Shown piece by piece: positions 29,376 through 40,666 of a DNA stretch of 64,000 nucleotides (position 1 is its first letter; each line of letters starts with the position of its first letter). The notes under the pieces are model-generated. The model did no database searches. It was not told the origin of the DNA and was given only the letters and a program-made list of their open reading frames with translations. This DNA is from Macrostomum lignano (Eukaryota): assembly GCA_002269645.1 (NCBI GenBank), contig NIVC01002943.1, forward strand, positions 65,345-129,344. The letters are read 5' to 3'. Both the position numbers and the translations under genes were made by a program.

Positions 29376-30754
29376 CTGCAGTGTTAATATTTAATTGATG
29401 TAGTAAAAAATCAATGACTTGATAAGTGCATACAATATTGTTTCAAAACTCACCCCATTTTTAACAAGACTGGCTGAAATATGTTGACTAGAACTGAGCT
29501 TGCATGTACATGTTTTTTCATAGTTAGTAGATACTTTGACATTGCTAATTATCATAATCATGCAATATAGACCATGAGTTAAAAATATATTTGTTTGGCT
29601 TTTATTGTAATCATTAGTGTTTAATATGTACTTAAATTTTTATATCACATTAGAGACATAAAAAAATGGAAAATCACTAGACAACAAATAAGATAGCTAT
29701 CTTGACTTTGTTTTTGTCTTTGCAAAATCTTAATAACTTTTGTTTTGATCCTAATAAAAAGATGGCAACAATATTTTGAGACTAGATTTGAGAAAATTCT
29801 TTTTCATAGTAATTTAGATATCCATTTATTTAAATATTGAATAAACATTTTGGTTAAAAAATATTAAAATAAATCATAAAACAAATTTCATTTTAATACA
29901 GTACAAGAATTATAGATAACCATTAACATAGCAATAATAAAATATTTAAATAAATTATTGTTATCTAAAAAATACCTTGTTCAATGCCTCGAAAAAATAC
30001 ATTTAAAAGCACTAATAATTTCAACTTTGTCCAAATACTAATAGCTTAGTTAGGGACTGAATAAATTATTATGTATATAGCATTTTCATAGAAAATAGTA
30101 TACCATATTTAGTTTTCATGGCTACTTTTGTGACACAAAATTTGGTTTGTTTATTCATTGCAAGGTGGGTCTAAGATCTATTTCATTAAGTTCATTAGTC
30201 TCAATAGTAGATTAATTTTGCATTTGTTTTTTATGAGATATTATAATTAACCTTTTATCTAGTTAAATTAGATATTAATTAATAAAAATATTTTGTTACT
30301 AATTTTTACAAAGTCACTCAAAGTCAAATAGCCTTTTTGTTAAAATTTTGGTATAAATTTTTAGGAAACTTTATTTTAAGATAAAGCTTTTATTCTAGTA
30401 TGCAATACTACATTATCTTGATTCTAGCTTGTGGACCTTAGATAGAAAAGAACAAATGAAAAATGGACTAAGAAAAAAGTATAGACTAGAAAGTTAAAAA
30501 ATTCTTTGAAAGACTCTAATATTAATAAGATTTTGAAAGTTATTTTTTATTAATATTTTATTCTAATTGGTATCTTATTTGCTTAAAGTTAAATAAAGAT
30601 ATCTCAATATTGAAAATTGGTAAAATTAAATAAGTTACAAAAAATTTTGTATCTTGAAATTCATTTAGTTAAGAAAAGATTTTTGTTGCAACATATAAAT
30701 ATATTATTAACTTTACAAGCTGGCTAGACCCTGGGAAAGAATATGGCTTAACCT

Positions 30755-31494
30755 CCATAGTCAGGAAGGTGGCATGTGTACACCGGAATGAAATTTGGGC
30801 AGGGCTACCTATATACGCCAAATGTAACCATATGTATGCCAAATATACTATAATGCACACTGAATATACTGTAATGTACCCATGCATGCCAATTAGTTAA
30901 TTGTTTATCAGCTTATTAAGGCACTGAATGGACACTGATTTTCTGCTTTTTATAGTATATATATGTACATTTACCATACATGTACATGCATTATCATTTA
31001 CACGATCTCAGTTATTGCTAGTCATGCAGTGATACATGTACATTTTAACTATACATTTTATACATGTACAACTCAATATGTAGTTTTCGCGTCGATAAAA
31101 AATTTTGCATTTAAAAATGGCAATGAGGGATTCTACTTATTTAGTGGCTGAAAATAAACAAACTTCTACTAAAAATACATGTATTTTGTTTTGCATGAGC
31201 AGTAAATTGAAAGTAGAAAAGTGAGTATCACTTGTATTAAACTTTGTTTTTCTAAATTTCAATTTCAGAAAATTTTGATTTCAATTTTGATTTGGAAAGT
31301 AGCAAATTTCAATTTTGATAGAAAATTTGCTTTTGGAACATCTTTATACATCATGCCACATATTTGCGGCGTACATGGCATATGTTAAATGTACGCCAAC
31401 TGTTGCAAGGCAGACCAAATGTATGTCAAATATCTTTGGCTATGCAGATGCATGTTGGAATTTTCGACGAAAAAGGCCACCTTCCTGATTATGG
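30755..31494. mobile_element. Candidate non-autonomous DNA transposon (MITE), 740 bp
   Basis: Terminal inverted repeats CCATAGTCAGGAAGGTGGC (30755-30773) and GCCACCTTCCTGATTATGG (31476-31494) match 18/19. Both ends are flanked by CCT (30752-30754, 31495-31497). AT-rich non-coding interior. Confidence 0.55.
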
Positions 31495-34400
31495 CCTAAC
31501 CTAGTCTTAAATCTTTGCCTTTGCAACAATGCCTAAATAATTGTTGCTTTACCCTTTAAAAGAATATAAAAACACATTTCCGTGCTATTTTTATACTAAA
31601 TTTATAAAATAAGGCCAAAAATATAAAAATAGGAAAAACATATGCTTTTAGAAAATGGAAAACCATTGCAAAATTAAAGGAATATAACAAAGGTTAGTAA
31701 ACACAATAGAATATAAACATATTTGACCACAAAAAATAAAGAAAAAAATTAAGATAGATAAATTTTTTCATATACCCCAATAAGAGGCCAGAAAAAATTG
31801 TTTTTAAGTTTTTGTCCTTTGAAAAACATAGATAGAACTTTTATATGATACTTTCCATTAGACCTATACTAGCCACATTGTTTCTAATGTAAAAAATTAC
31901 TTGTTCATTTACACAATGGTCAATATTGATTCAAAGTTGGAACAAATATATATGTAAATTTCTATTTAATAGAAATTTTGTGCAATTTCTTTTTCAAATA
32001 TACATTGATATTTTTCTTCTGTTGTATTATCCAAAATGGCATATAATATAGGCCTAAACAAGAAAAAACAATGATCTCATTGCCAGCTCTTCTTACAATT
32101 CTAATAATGCTAATGGCACCAATGTCATTAGATAAATGGTAAGGTAACTATTACCACTGCTTTATAGGAGTGACTTGTCATCTTAAAAGTCAAAGTTGAT
32201 TTTAATTTTACTTCAAGCTTCATTGCATTGAACATTTATATTTGCATGTAAGCATGCATATATGTGCTCTTTAGTCATGAATACACTAGCCATACAACTT
32301 ACTTTTTGATCAAGAAAGCAACTTAACTATGAAAGAAGCATAGGTAAAGTTAATGTAATGTTCTTGTACGATTATGTAAATAGATTATGTAAATACGATT
32401 ATGGGTAAATAGTAGGAATAACTGTAACTATCTGTATTATAATGGCTAAATGCCTTGTCAGCTAATTAGTACTTAGGCCTACTATGTCTGTGTACTAATG
32501 TAAAATCACTTTTTTTGTTGAATTGAATTTATCACAGCGACATATATAAATTTTATATAGTACTTTAAAGTTAAAAGGTAAGTTACATTTCGAAACCACC
32601 ATTAATGCATGACTATAATATAAAATTTTTAAAGCAGAGAGGAACACATAAAAAACGTTTTAAAACAAAGCCTTATGACTGTTATGAGCTTTCTAAAACA
32701 AACCCAGACGCTCAACTAAACGCACTAGACGCATCAGTTAAAAGGTATTGTGTCATTTATTATTCTATAACAAAGCTTAAAATAGCTTTTGTTTTAATAT
32801 CTATGTCTAAAGTAATTGCCGGTAAAGTTCAAAGATTTTGTTATGAAAGTTTTAGAACATTTTTGTTACCTCAGTTTAGTTTTGTGTCGGTCTAATGTGG
32901 CGATTCTGTCTTCCAAACTTTTAATGGGGAATGAACAAGATAAATCTTGTAGCCTTCTATGGCGTACAAAGAAAGGACCACTGTCTATATACAGTGGTCC
33001 TTGGTACAAAGTATGTAGCATGTGATTTGATTTTACATGTTTCACTGCTGATTTTGTGGTCTGTACAGACGAGACCGTTATTGTCCTAATCATCATAATC
33101 AACTGACTAAAGCGAGAAGAAATCTAAAAAAACATCTTGTCAAGAACCACGAAAAATTCGCGATATAATACTGTAATTTTAAGCACACTAAAGTCTCAGC
33201 TCTCAGCTTCTTATACCGGTATAAGTTGTCTGAAAAAAGTAACATAATCGTACAAGAATCAGAGCTACAAGTGCCCAAGGACTACTCAAGTAACATATAC
33301 TCAAGTTGTCCTTGCAATTTCCATGCATACTTCCATCGCTGCATCATGAGCTCGATACAGTGCTGCACTTGCATAACTTATTGGCTTACATGTATTTAGT
33401 CTACATTACATGTATATTATGCTTACTACTACTATTTGCATGTACAGTATAGAATAACAATATTATTATACAGTAAGGTATACAGCGTATTACAGAATTC
33501 AGAAGTTGGGCAACAACTGGGGTTCATATGATGGCTCGCATTTTTTTACAAAAAGACGAACTACATGTACTATATGCTACTAGACGTGCTTACAAACGCA
33601 CGGCGAGTTTCCATAAACTTAATTAACGACATGATTAATATACATGTAAGTCACACATGCATATTTGTGTAAAAGCTGTGTAAAAACCGCGACACAGGTG
33701 TCGATGTCGGCGCCCTTTTGACACTGCTTTTAAAACCTGATAGGGAATTTTTTCTTTTGCAAGTTTTTTATAAATAGCAATCAAAGTACGCGTATTACAT
33801 GTACATGTATAGCATGTGTAATCGAAGCCCCGCGCTTGCTTGTAAACAATCACGAAAACAAATTAACAAACGAAATCTCTCTGCATACACATAAAAATTC
33901 CCAGAAGTTTTTGCTACCGTGAAATTTGTCTCGGCCAGCACGCAGCTGTTGTGGAACCTATCTAGATTATGTCATTGATTTGTGCACACAGCATTGGATG
34001 ACCACACATGGCTGATTCATGCATCCAGCCTGTCCTTTGCATGCATGGTGCGCTCCTACATGTAGGTGGTCAAAAATGTCATCTGTTATGCGACTGTTCG
34101 CTCGCTTGACCGGTGGCCTCTGTGACTTTTTTATTCCTCGCCTTTGCATGTTTTTTTGAGGCTAATACTCTTGCGCGTCTGTTTTTCACAAATCAATAGC
34201 GGCAAGGAGAGGCAACACACGCAGCTTTGCACAGCGGGAGGGCTTGGACAATTCATCCAGTATAGCCCAGCTACCGCACGCTGCCGCTGCCGTGTCGGCT
34301 CTTTCGTCGGGTGTAGCTCGTACTGTAAAGGATCGGATACATGCAGGGGAAGGTTTGACATTAAGAAAAAAACCTGCAGGGCCCGGGTCCAAAACACAGC

Positions 34401-34605
34401 GTTTCAATCTTCCTTCACCCCGTTGGTGGCTGAAGCCGATTTCTGCCAACCACCCGCTGCTTTTACTGGCGGACCTACAGTAGCTCCCCCTCGCACCGAG
34501 GCTGTGCAGTATTTGTTGGCAAACAATTCATCCTGTGCCTGCAAATTCGGGCAAGTCGGGACAATCAAAGTCACAAACTAACCAGTGTGTTGCAGCAGCG
34601 CCAGC

Positions 34606-37296
34606 ATGACGCCAGCACCGTCCACCAAGACCGAGCAGGACTTTGCCGACTGTGCATTCGGCGACTTCTGGCTGCGCAAGATGCGGACGCTCTACAAGCA
34701 GCTGGACGCTGTTGGCAACGGCTACCTGTGCCTCGACGACATGATCGAGCTGCCCACCTTGCTGCTGGACGCGTTCCCCAAGATGGCGACGGAGTCGGGA
34801 GACACGCTGGTCAAGTCAATGATTGACCTCTGGTACGGTTTTCTGTGCACCTCGGTTGACGAGGACGATCGCTGCCATCACCAGCTGCTGGAGAACGATC
34901 TCATCGAGAGCCTGAAACGGACCTTGAACACCGGTTTCAAGGAGCACCTGTACGAGGGCCTGGTGAAGCCGCTGTTTCAAGCAGCCGATTGCGACGCTGA
35001 CGGCCTCATCAGCATGCTGGAGTACAAGACTATGATGCGAGCTTTCAAGGTGCCGGACCGGGACTCTGAGCTCATCTTCAAGCTGCAGGACACCGAGCAC
35101 AAGGGCAAGATTGGCTTGGAAACTTTTCGGGCCATCTTGGCGAACTACTTCTACAGCGAAGACGAAAAGACAGGTAGGAGGTTTGGCCTCACTCCGGTCA
35201 TTAGCTCGGCCTCACTCTGGTCATTAGCTCGGCCTCACTCCGGTCATTAGCTCGGCCTCACTCCGGTCATTAGCTTGTTGCACCTCACTCTGGTCATTAG
35301 CTTGGCCTCACTCCGGTCATTAGCTCGGCCTCACTCCGGTCATTAGCTTGTTGCACCTCACTCTGGTCATTAGCTTGGCCTCACTCCGGTCATTAGCTTG
35401 TTGCACCTCACTCTGGTCATTAGCTCGGCCTCACTCCGGTCATTAGCTCGGCCTCACTCCGGTCATTAGCTTGTTGCACCTCACTCTGGTCATTAGCTCG
35501 GCCTCACTCCGGTCATTAGCTTGGCCTCACTCCGGTCATTAGCTTGTTGCACCTCACTCTGGTCATTAGCTTGGCCTCACTCTGGTCATTAGCTTGTTGC
35601 ACCTCACTCTGGTCATTAGCTTGTTGCACCTCACTCTGGTCATTAGCTTGGCCTCACTCCGGTCATTAGCTTGGCCTCACTCCGGTCATTAGCTTGTTGC
35701 ACCTCACTCTGGTCATTAGCTTGGCCTCACTCCGGTCATTAGCTCGGCCTCACTCTGGTCATTAGCTTGTTGCACCTCACTCTCTGGTCATTAGCTCGGC
35801 CTCACTCTGGTCATTAGCTTGTTGCACCTCACTCTGGTCATTAGCTTGGCCTCACTCCGGTCATTAGCTCGGCCTCACTCTGGTCATTAGCTTGTTGCAC
35901 CTCACTCCGGTCATTAGCTCGGCCTCACTCTGGTCATTAGCTTGTTGCACCTCACTCCGGTCATTAGCTCGGCCTCACTCTGGTCATTAGCTTGTTGCAC
36001 CTCACTCTGGTCATTAGCTCGGCCTCACTCCGGTCATTAGCTCGGCCTCACTCCGGTCATTAGTTCGGCCTCACTCCGGTCATTAGCTTGGCCCCCAAAC
36101 GAACGCCTCCCCAACCAAAGGCCTCCGTGTATTCGGGCCGCTCATCAACTACAAGCGACCGGAGGACTTCGGCGAGGTGGCGTGCGGCCCCTGCTGGGAG
36201 GGCAAAATGCGCTGCATGTTTCGCCGACTGGACATCGCTAATGAAGGCAAAATCAGCTGCAAGGATTTCATCCAGATAGCCAGGACTTTGTCCGTGCGCA
36301 GCCACCTGGACAAGCAGCGGAGCAACGCCGTTATGAGAGCGATTTTATCGTTGTGGATCAAGTTTATTGCCGTGGACAAGGACGGTGAGACTTACGATAG
36401 TGCATGCTTACACCTGCAACAGGTGTGACTATCAGTGCATCCTCATGATGAACCAACGCAACAGGTGTGACTACTATTAGTGCATTCTCATGGTCACCAA
36501 TGCAACAGGTGTGACTATTAGTGCATTCTCATGGTCACCAATGCAACAAGTGTGACTATCAGTGCATTCTTATGGTCACCAATGCAACAGGTGTGACTAT
36601 CAGTGCATTCTCATGGTCACCAATGCAACAGGTGTGACTATCAGTGCATTCTCATGCACTTCCTACGCCAAACCCGCCTCCGACAACGCCGCCCACAGGA
36701 AAGCACTTCGCCTCCATCACGGAGAAGGAGTTCATCAAGAACATGCGCACGCTCATCAATGGGAAATTCCGTCACGAGATCGACCAATTCGGCTGGACTT
36801 TCTTCAAGGCCGTGGAAACTTCCGGTGACGGCTACATTCAGCTGCAGGAGTACCGCAACATCCAGGAGGCCTGGGGCGTCACCAGGGAGGAGGCCGACGG
36901 GTTCTTCAAGGTGCTCGACTTGGACAAGGTGCGCTAGGGATATTGGGGAGATGGTATTTTGGTATGAAGGCTTGCAGAAAGTAGATAGAGTGGATATTTG
37001 GTAGAGCGGATATTGGGTAGAGTGGATATTTGGTAGAGTGGATATTGGGTAGAGGGGATATCAAGTTAATGGGCATCGGAAGGAAGGCATCTTGAGCAAA
37101 TGATGCATTAATGGAGATTAAGCCTGTAGGATTTGCGGAAGAGAACTGTGGAACCCCGCCTGCTCACTCCCAGGACAACCGCATCTCGTCAGACGAGTAC
37201 CTGACGGCCTGGTGCGACTACTTCCTTGGCGAGGACCCGCACAGCAAGTACAAGGCCCTGTTCGGCCCCGTCATCGCCAAGCCGGCGGCGCCTTGA
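34606..37296 (+). CDS. Double-domain sarcoplasmic Ca-binding protein / calexcitin-like EF-hand protein, 4 exons (34606-35173, 36121-36384, 36699-36928, 37174-37296), 394 aa
   Basis: Two homologous halves, each beginning FW/CW.xKMR..[Y/F]..LD and ending YF..ED...FGP. EF loops DAVGNGYLCLDD, DCDADGLISMLE, DIANEGKISCKD, ETSGDGYIQLQE, DLDKDNRISSDE. Splice phases consistent. Confidence 0.88.
35184..36092. repeat. 23/27-bp two-variant minisatellite (GCTCGGCCTCACTCCGGTCATTA / GCTTGTTGCACCTCACTCTGGTCATTA) filling intron 1 of the SCP-like gene
   Basis: Starts ~10 nt after the donor (35174) and ends ~30 nt before the acceptor (36120). Confidence 0.97.
36412..36657. repeat. 41-bp unit x6 (CAACAGGTGTGACTATCAGTGCATTCTCATGGTCACCAATG) in intron 2 of the SCP-like gene
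   Basis: TGCATTCTC at 36481 and 36522. Confidence 0.94.
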
Positions 37297-37454
37297 CGCG
37301 AAACTGAAAGGGTTTTTGAGATAACAACAGCTCGTCAGTTTGATAGCCTCCAAACAAAATATGCCGCGATAAAAGTACACTCGCTACTTTCTTTATCCTG
37401 CCTTTCCTGCCTCTGATTTATTCAATTACTCCTAGCTTTACTCTCGAACTATTT

Positions 37455-37915
37455 GCAGGTAGATACCCGTTGCTATGCAGGTGGGTATCCGTTGCTATGC
37501 TAGTGGATACCTGTTGCTATGCCAGCTGTGTACCCGTTGCTATGCCAGCTGTGTAGCCGTTGCTATGCAGGTGGGTATCCGTTGCTATGCTAGTGGATAC
37601 CTGTTGCTATGCCAGCTGTGTACCCGTTGCTATGCCAGCTGTGTAGCCGTTGCTATGCTAGTGGATACCTGTTGCTATGCCAGCTGTGTACCCGTTGCTA
37701 TGCCAGCTGTGTAGCCGTTGCTATGCAGGTGGGTATCCGTTGCTATGCTAGTGGATACCTGTTGCTATGCCAGCTGTGTACCCGTTGCCATGCCAGCTGT
37801 GTAGCCGTTGCTATGCTGTCGGATACCAGTTGCTGCTGTCGGATACCCGCTGCTATGCTGTCGGATACCCGTTGCTATGCAGGTAGATTCCCGTTGCTAT
37901 GCCGGGTAGATACCC
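37455..37915. repeat. Composite array built on CCGTTGCTATG, with repeated multi-unit blocks
   Basis: Blocks gcaggtgggtat / gctagtggatac / gccagctgtgta recur in the same order. Lies downstream of the SCP-like stop. Confidence 0.9.
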
Positions 37916-38452
37916 TACAACCTTCAAAGCAGGTATATTAAAGTAGTGCCTGTCGAGCTTCCCAGCTTCACGTGAGGAAATCCATAAAAGATTCCCTGCT
38001 CCCAACGCAATGATTCAATAAATAATTCAGCTTTTTCCAAATGCATATTCCAATTTTCAACCATCCCCTGCTATTTTACATGTACATAGTAATTTAAGCT
38101 GCCAATTGACGTAATTTATCCCCTAGAGCAACGCATTCAACACCTTACTTTAAGTAGCATATAATATTTCACCATGCGATATCGGACTTAAAATATATGA
38201 TTGCTTTCTTAAAAGCCAATTCGTTAGAAATTATTTAAAGAATCTTAGTAGCTATCATAATTTATGGCAGTAAATCCTGCAGTATTGTCGCAGGTGTTGA
38301 TTGACTTTGTGAGTTGTTTCGCGTACGTACGGCCAGCTGCAATGCAAATCTATCGCTGCTTGACAGATGAGACCTTCGCCCAGCTGAATTGACTGCTGAG
38401 TTGCAGCAAATGTCAATCATTTTAGAATTGGCATCCCGGTGTCCCCATCTAC

Positions 38453-38861
38453 TGGCGCCCCTCTCCGCAATTTGGCGTCCCTCTATTTAGCGTGGCGTCC
38501 CTCTTCTCAATGTGGCGCCTAGCTCTTTCCTTGACGTGGCGCCCCTCTCCTTGATGTGACTCCCCTCTCTTCAATGTGGCGCCCCTTTCCTTGACGTGGC
38601 GACCATCTCCTTGACGTGGCGCCCCTCTCCTTGACGTGGCGCCCCTCCTCCTTGACGTGGCGCCCCTCTCTTCAATGTGGCGCCCCTTTCCTTGACGTGG
38701 CGACCCTCTCCTTGACGTGGCGCCCCTCTTTTTAATGTGGAGCCCCTTTCCTTGACGTGGCGCCCCTCTATTTAATAAGACAACCCACTCTTTAATGTGG
38801 CGCCCCTCTGGCACCCCTATTCTCAGCGTGGCGCCCCTATCTTTAATATGGCGCTTCTTTC
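38453..38861. repeat. 20-bp minisatellite (CTTGACGTGGCGCCCCTCTC), interrupted at its end by the solo LTR
   Basis: About 20 units; the last unit resumes at 39671-39689 (TTTCCTTAGCGTGGCGCCC). Confidence 0.93.
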
Positions 38862-39670
38862 TGTAGTGACTTGGCTGCTAACTGGCTATTCAGCAGCATT
38901 TACTAGCTATCTCTACGGGCTCTGTGATCCGCTGCACAGCAGCTCAGTCCCCTGTGCTGGGCCTAAGTGTTTACTACCCGATGACTCATCACCTGCCCTC
39001 GCGCGCGCGGAGTGTAATGGCTGCCTAGAGGGAGTAAACAGGATGACTCATCCGCCCAAGTTATATTTTTAGCACAGAATAAGCACGTGACTGTGCACGC
39101 ATGCTATGCGTGGCCTCTGACCTTAAATTACGCCACTGCTGCGTGACAGGGTTACCTTATTTGGAAGTTGGCCTTGGATCACGCATCGCTCGCATGATTC
39201 TAAGGACCAAATAAGGGAGTTTCACGCGCTCACCGCATGAAACTCACGTGACTTTTGGGGGTCCGCTCGGCTATAAATACAGAGCATCTGGGAGCCGTTT
39301 TTTCCCCAGAGCGTCTCGTCGCGGAGCAGGAGCTGCCTCTCTGCCTCCGAGCTCTCCTCTCTCATTTCAGGATTTTCAGGTTTTCAGGTTCGAGCAGCAA
39401 TTTTAGGAACGATCAACTGTCGAGACATTTTTCAGATTTGCCTTGCTCCGAGCGACTTCGTTATTTTATTTCAGGTGACGGATAGACAACTCTGTCGACG
39501 CGTCGAGTCTGCACACCAAGGTGGCAGCAACCCTACCAAGTCTAAGGCTAACGTTTTAGGTTCTTTTTCAGGCAAATCGATAGGTAGTACAACAGTACTA
39601 TCTAGCTACTTCCGGAGCAGCGAGTTCTATTTCTAGGAACCTCTTCAAGAACTCGGGAAGGAGCGTAACA
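38862..39670 (+). mobile_element. Solo LTR of an LTR retrotransposon (Gypsy-like termini), 809 bp
   Basis: Starts TGTAGTG and ends GTAACA; 4-bp direct repeat TTTC on both flanks (38858-38861, 39671-39674); removing it restores a minisatellite unit. Internal TGACTCA x2 (38982, 39044), CACGTG x2 (39084, 39245), TATAAATA (39272-39279). No internal gag/pol and no canonical AATAAA seen. Confidence 0.72.
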
Positions 39671-40666
39671 TTTCCTTAGCGTGGCGCCCATGTTTCAAGT
39701 TGGACGCGAATCTAGCAGCGCCTCAGATAATAAAACTCAAAATATGAGCAGCTCAGAAAGTGAAAGTGCATTATTGCATGTAGCTCGCACTGTTGAAGAA
39801 AAAAGGAATCCATTTAACATTTTTTCTCCATGGAAATATGACTAATTTTCCTAGTAAGCAAAAAAAGATTCCTGGAGCATATGGTATGCTGGCTGTTGAG
39901 ACCGAGCCCGCCCAGGGGCATTCAATGTTGAGCGGCTCCCAGATCCCGGCTGAGCCACAGCCAGTCATAAGCTGCTTCAGACAGACCCCGACAGGAGATC
40001 GCAGAGACAGAAAGACAGAGAACTCAGACTTTCCTCACAATTTTTACTCAGTTCCGAAAGCCAGAAAAATCTAAGCGAGCCAAGCAGCTCAGCCCAGCGC
40101 AGAGATAAAGTCGGGTGCAGGGGGGGGGGAGTCCTCTCTTGGGGCTTAGCGAGCCCAGTCGGAGGTGCCTGCAATGCAAAGGTAAATCCGCAGCTTGGTG
40201 GGTGGGAGAGAGCTGAGCAGGCAAGGGTAAGCGGGCAGCAGCTACTCAGTACTCGCTCACCTATAAGCCGATTCTGAGAGCTTGTCTCTGCTGAGCCCGC
40301 CAGCTTGTGCCTCTCCCTTCCCTCGTTGCGGCACTGCGCTGTACATTGCGCACCCGCGCGGGACTGCCGCTTTGCCGGCCCAAGAAAATAAAGGAAGAAA
40401 GGCCTTTGGGACACGCAGTCAGTAAGCCAAAGCCTTCCGTGTGTCTGTGTGGGACTCTCGGCAGCTCGCTCGGGGCAGAGGCGTCACCCCTGCTTCCCCA
40501 ACCGCCCCCTCGGCTGCTTCTACGCGCGCAGAAATTGCCAAGCTGAGCCCCCAAAACTGCTCAGCTCAGCCTTGGAATAACAGATTATTTTATTGAATTC
40601 CTCCCATTCCCTGACGCCTCTCCCGATTCTGATTTCGTCAGCTCAAGGCAGCAGCGACGCGCAAAA

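Noticed and set aside
39681-39690. Primer-binding site (TGGCGCCC) of a full-length LTR retrotransposon
   Set aside because: It lies 11 nt from the LTR end, beyond the target duplication, and is explained as the interrupted minisatellite unit. No gag/pol follows.
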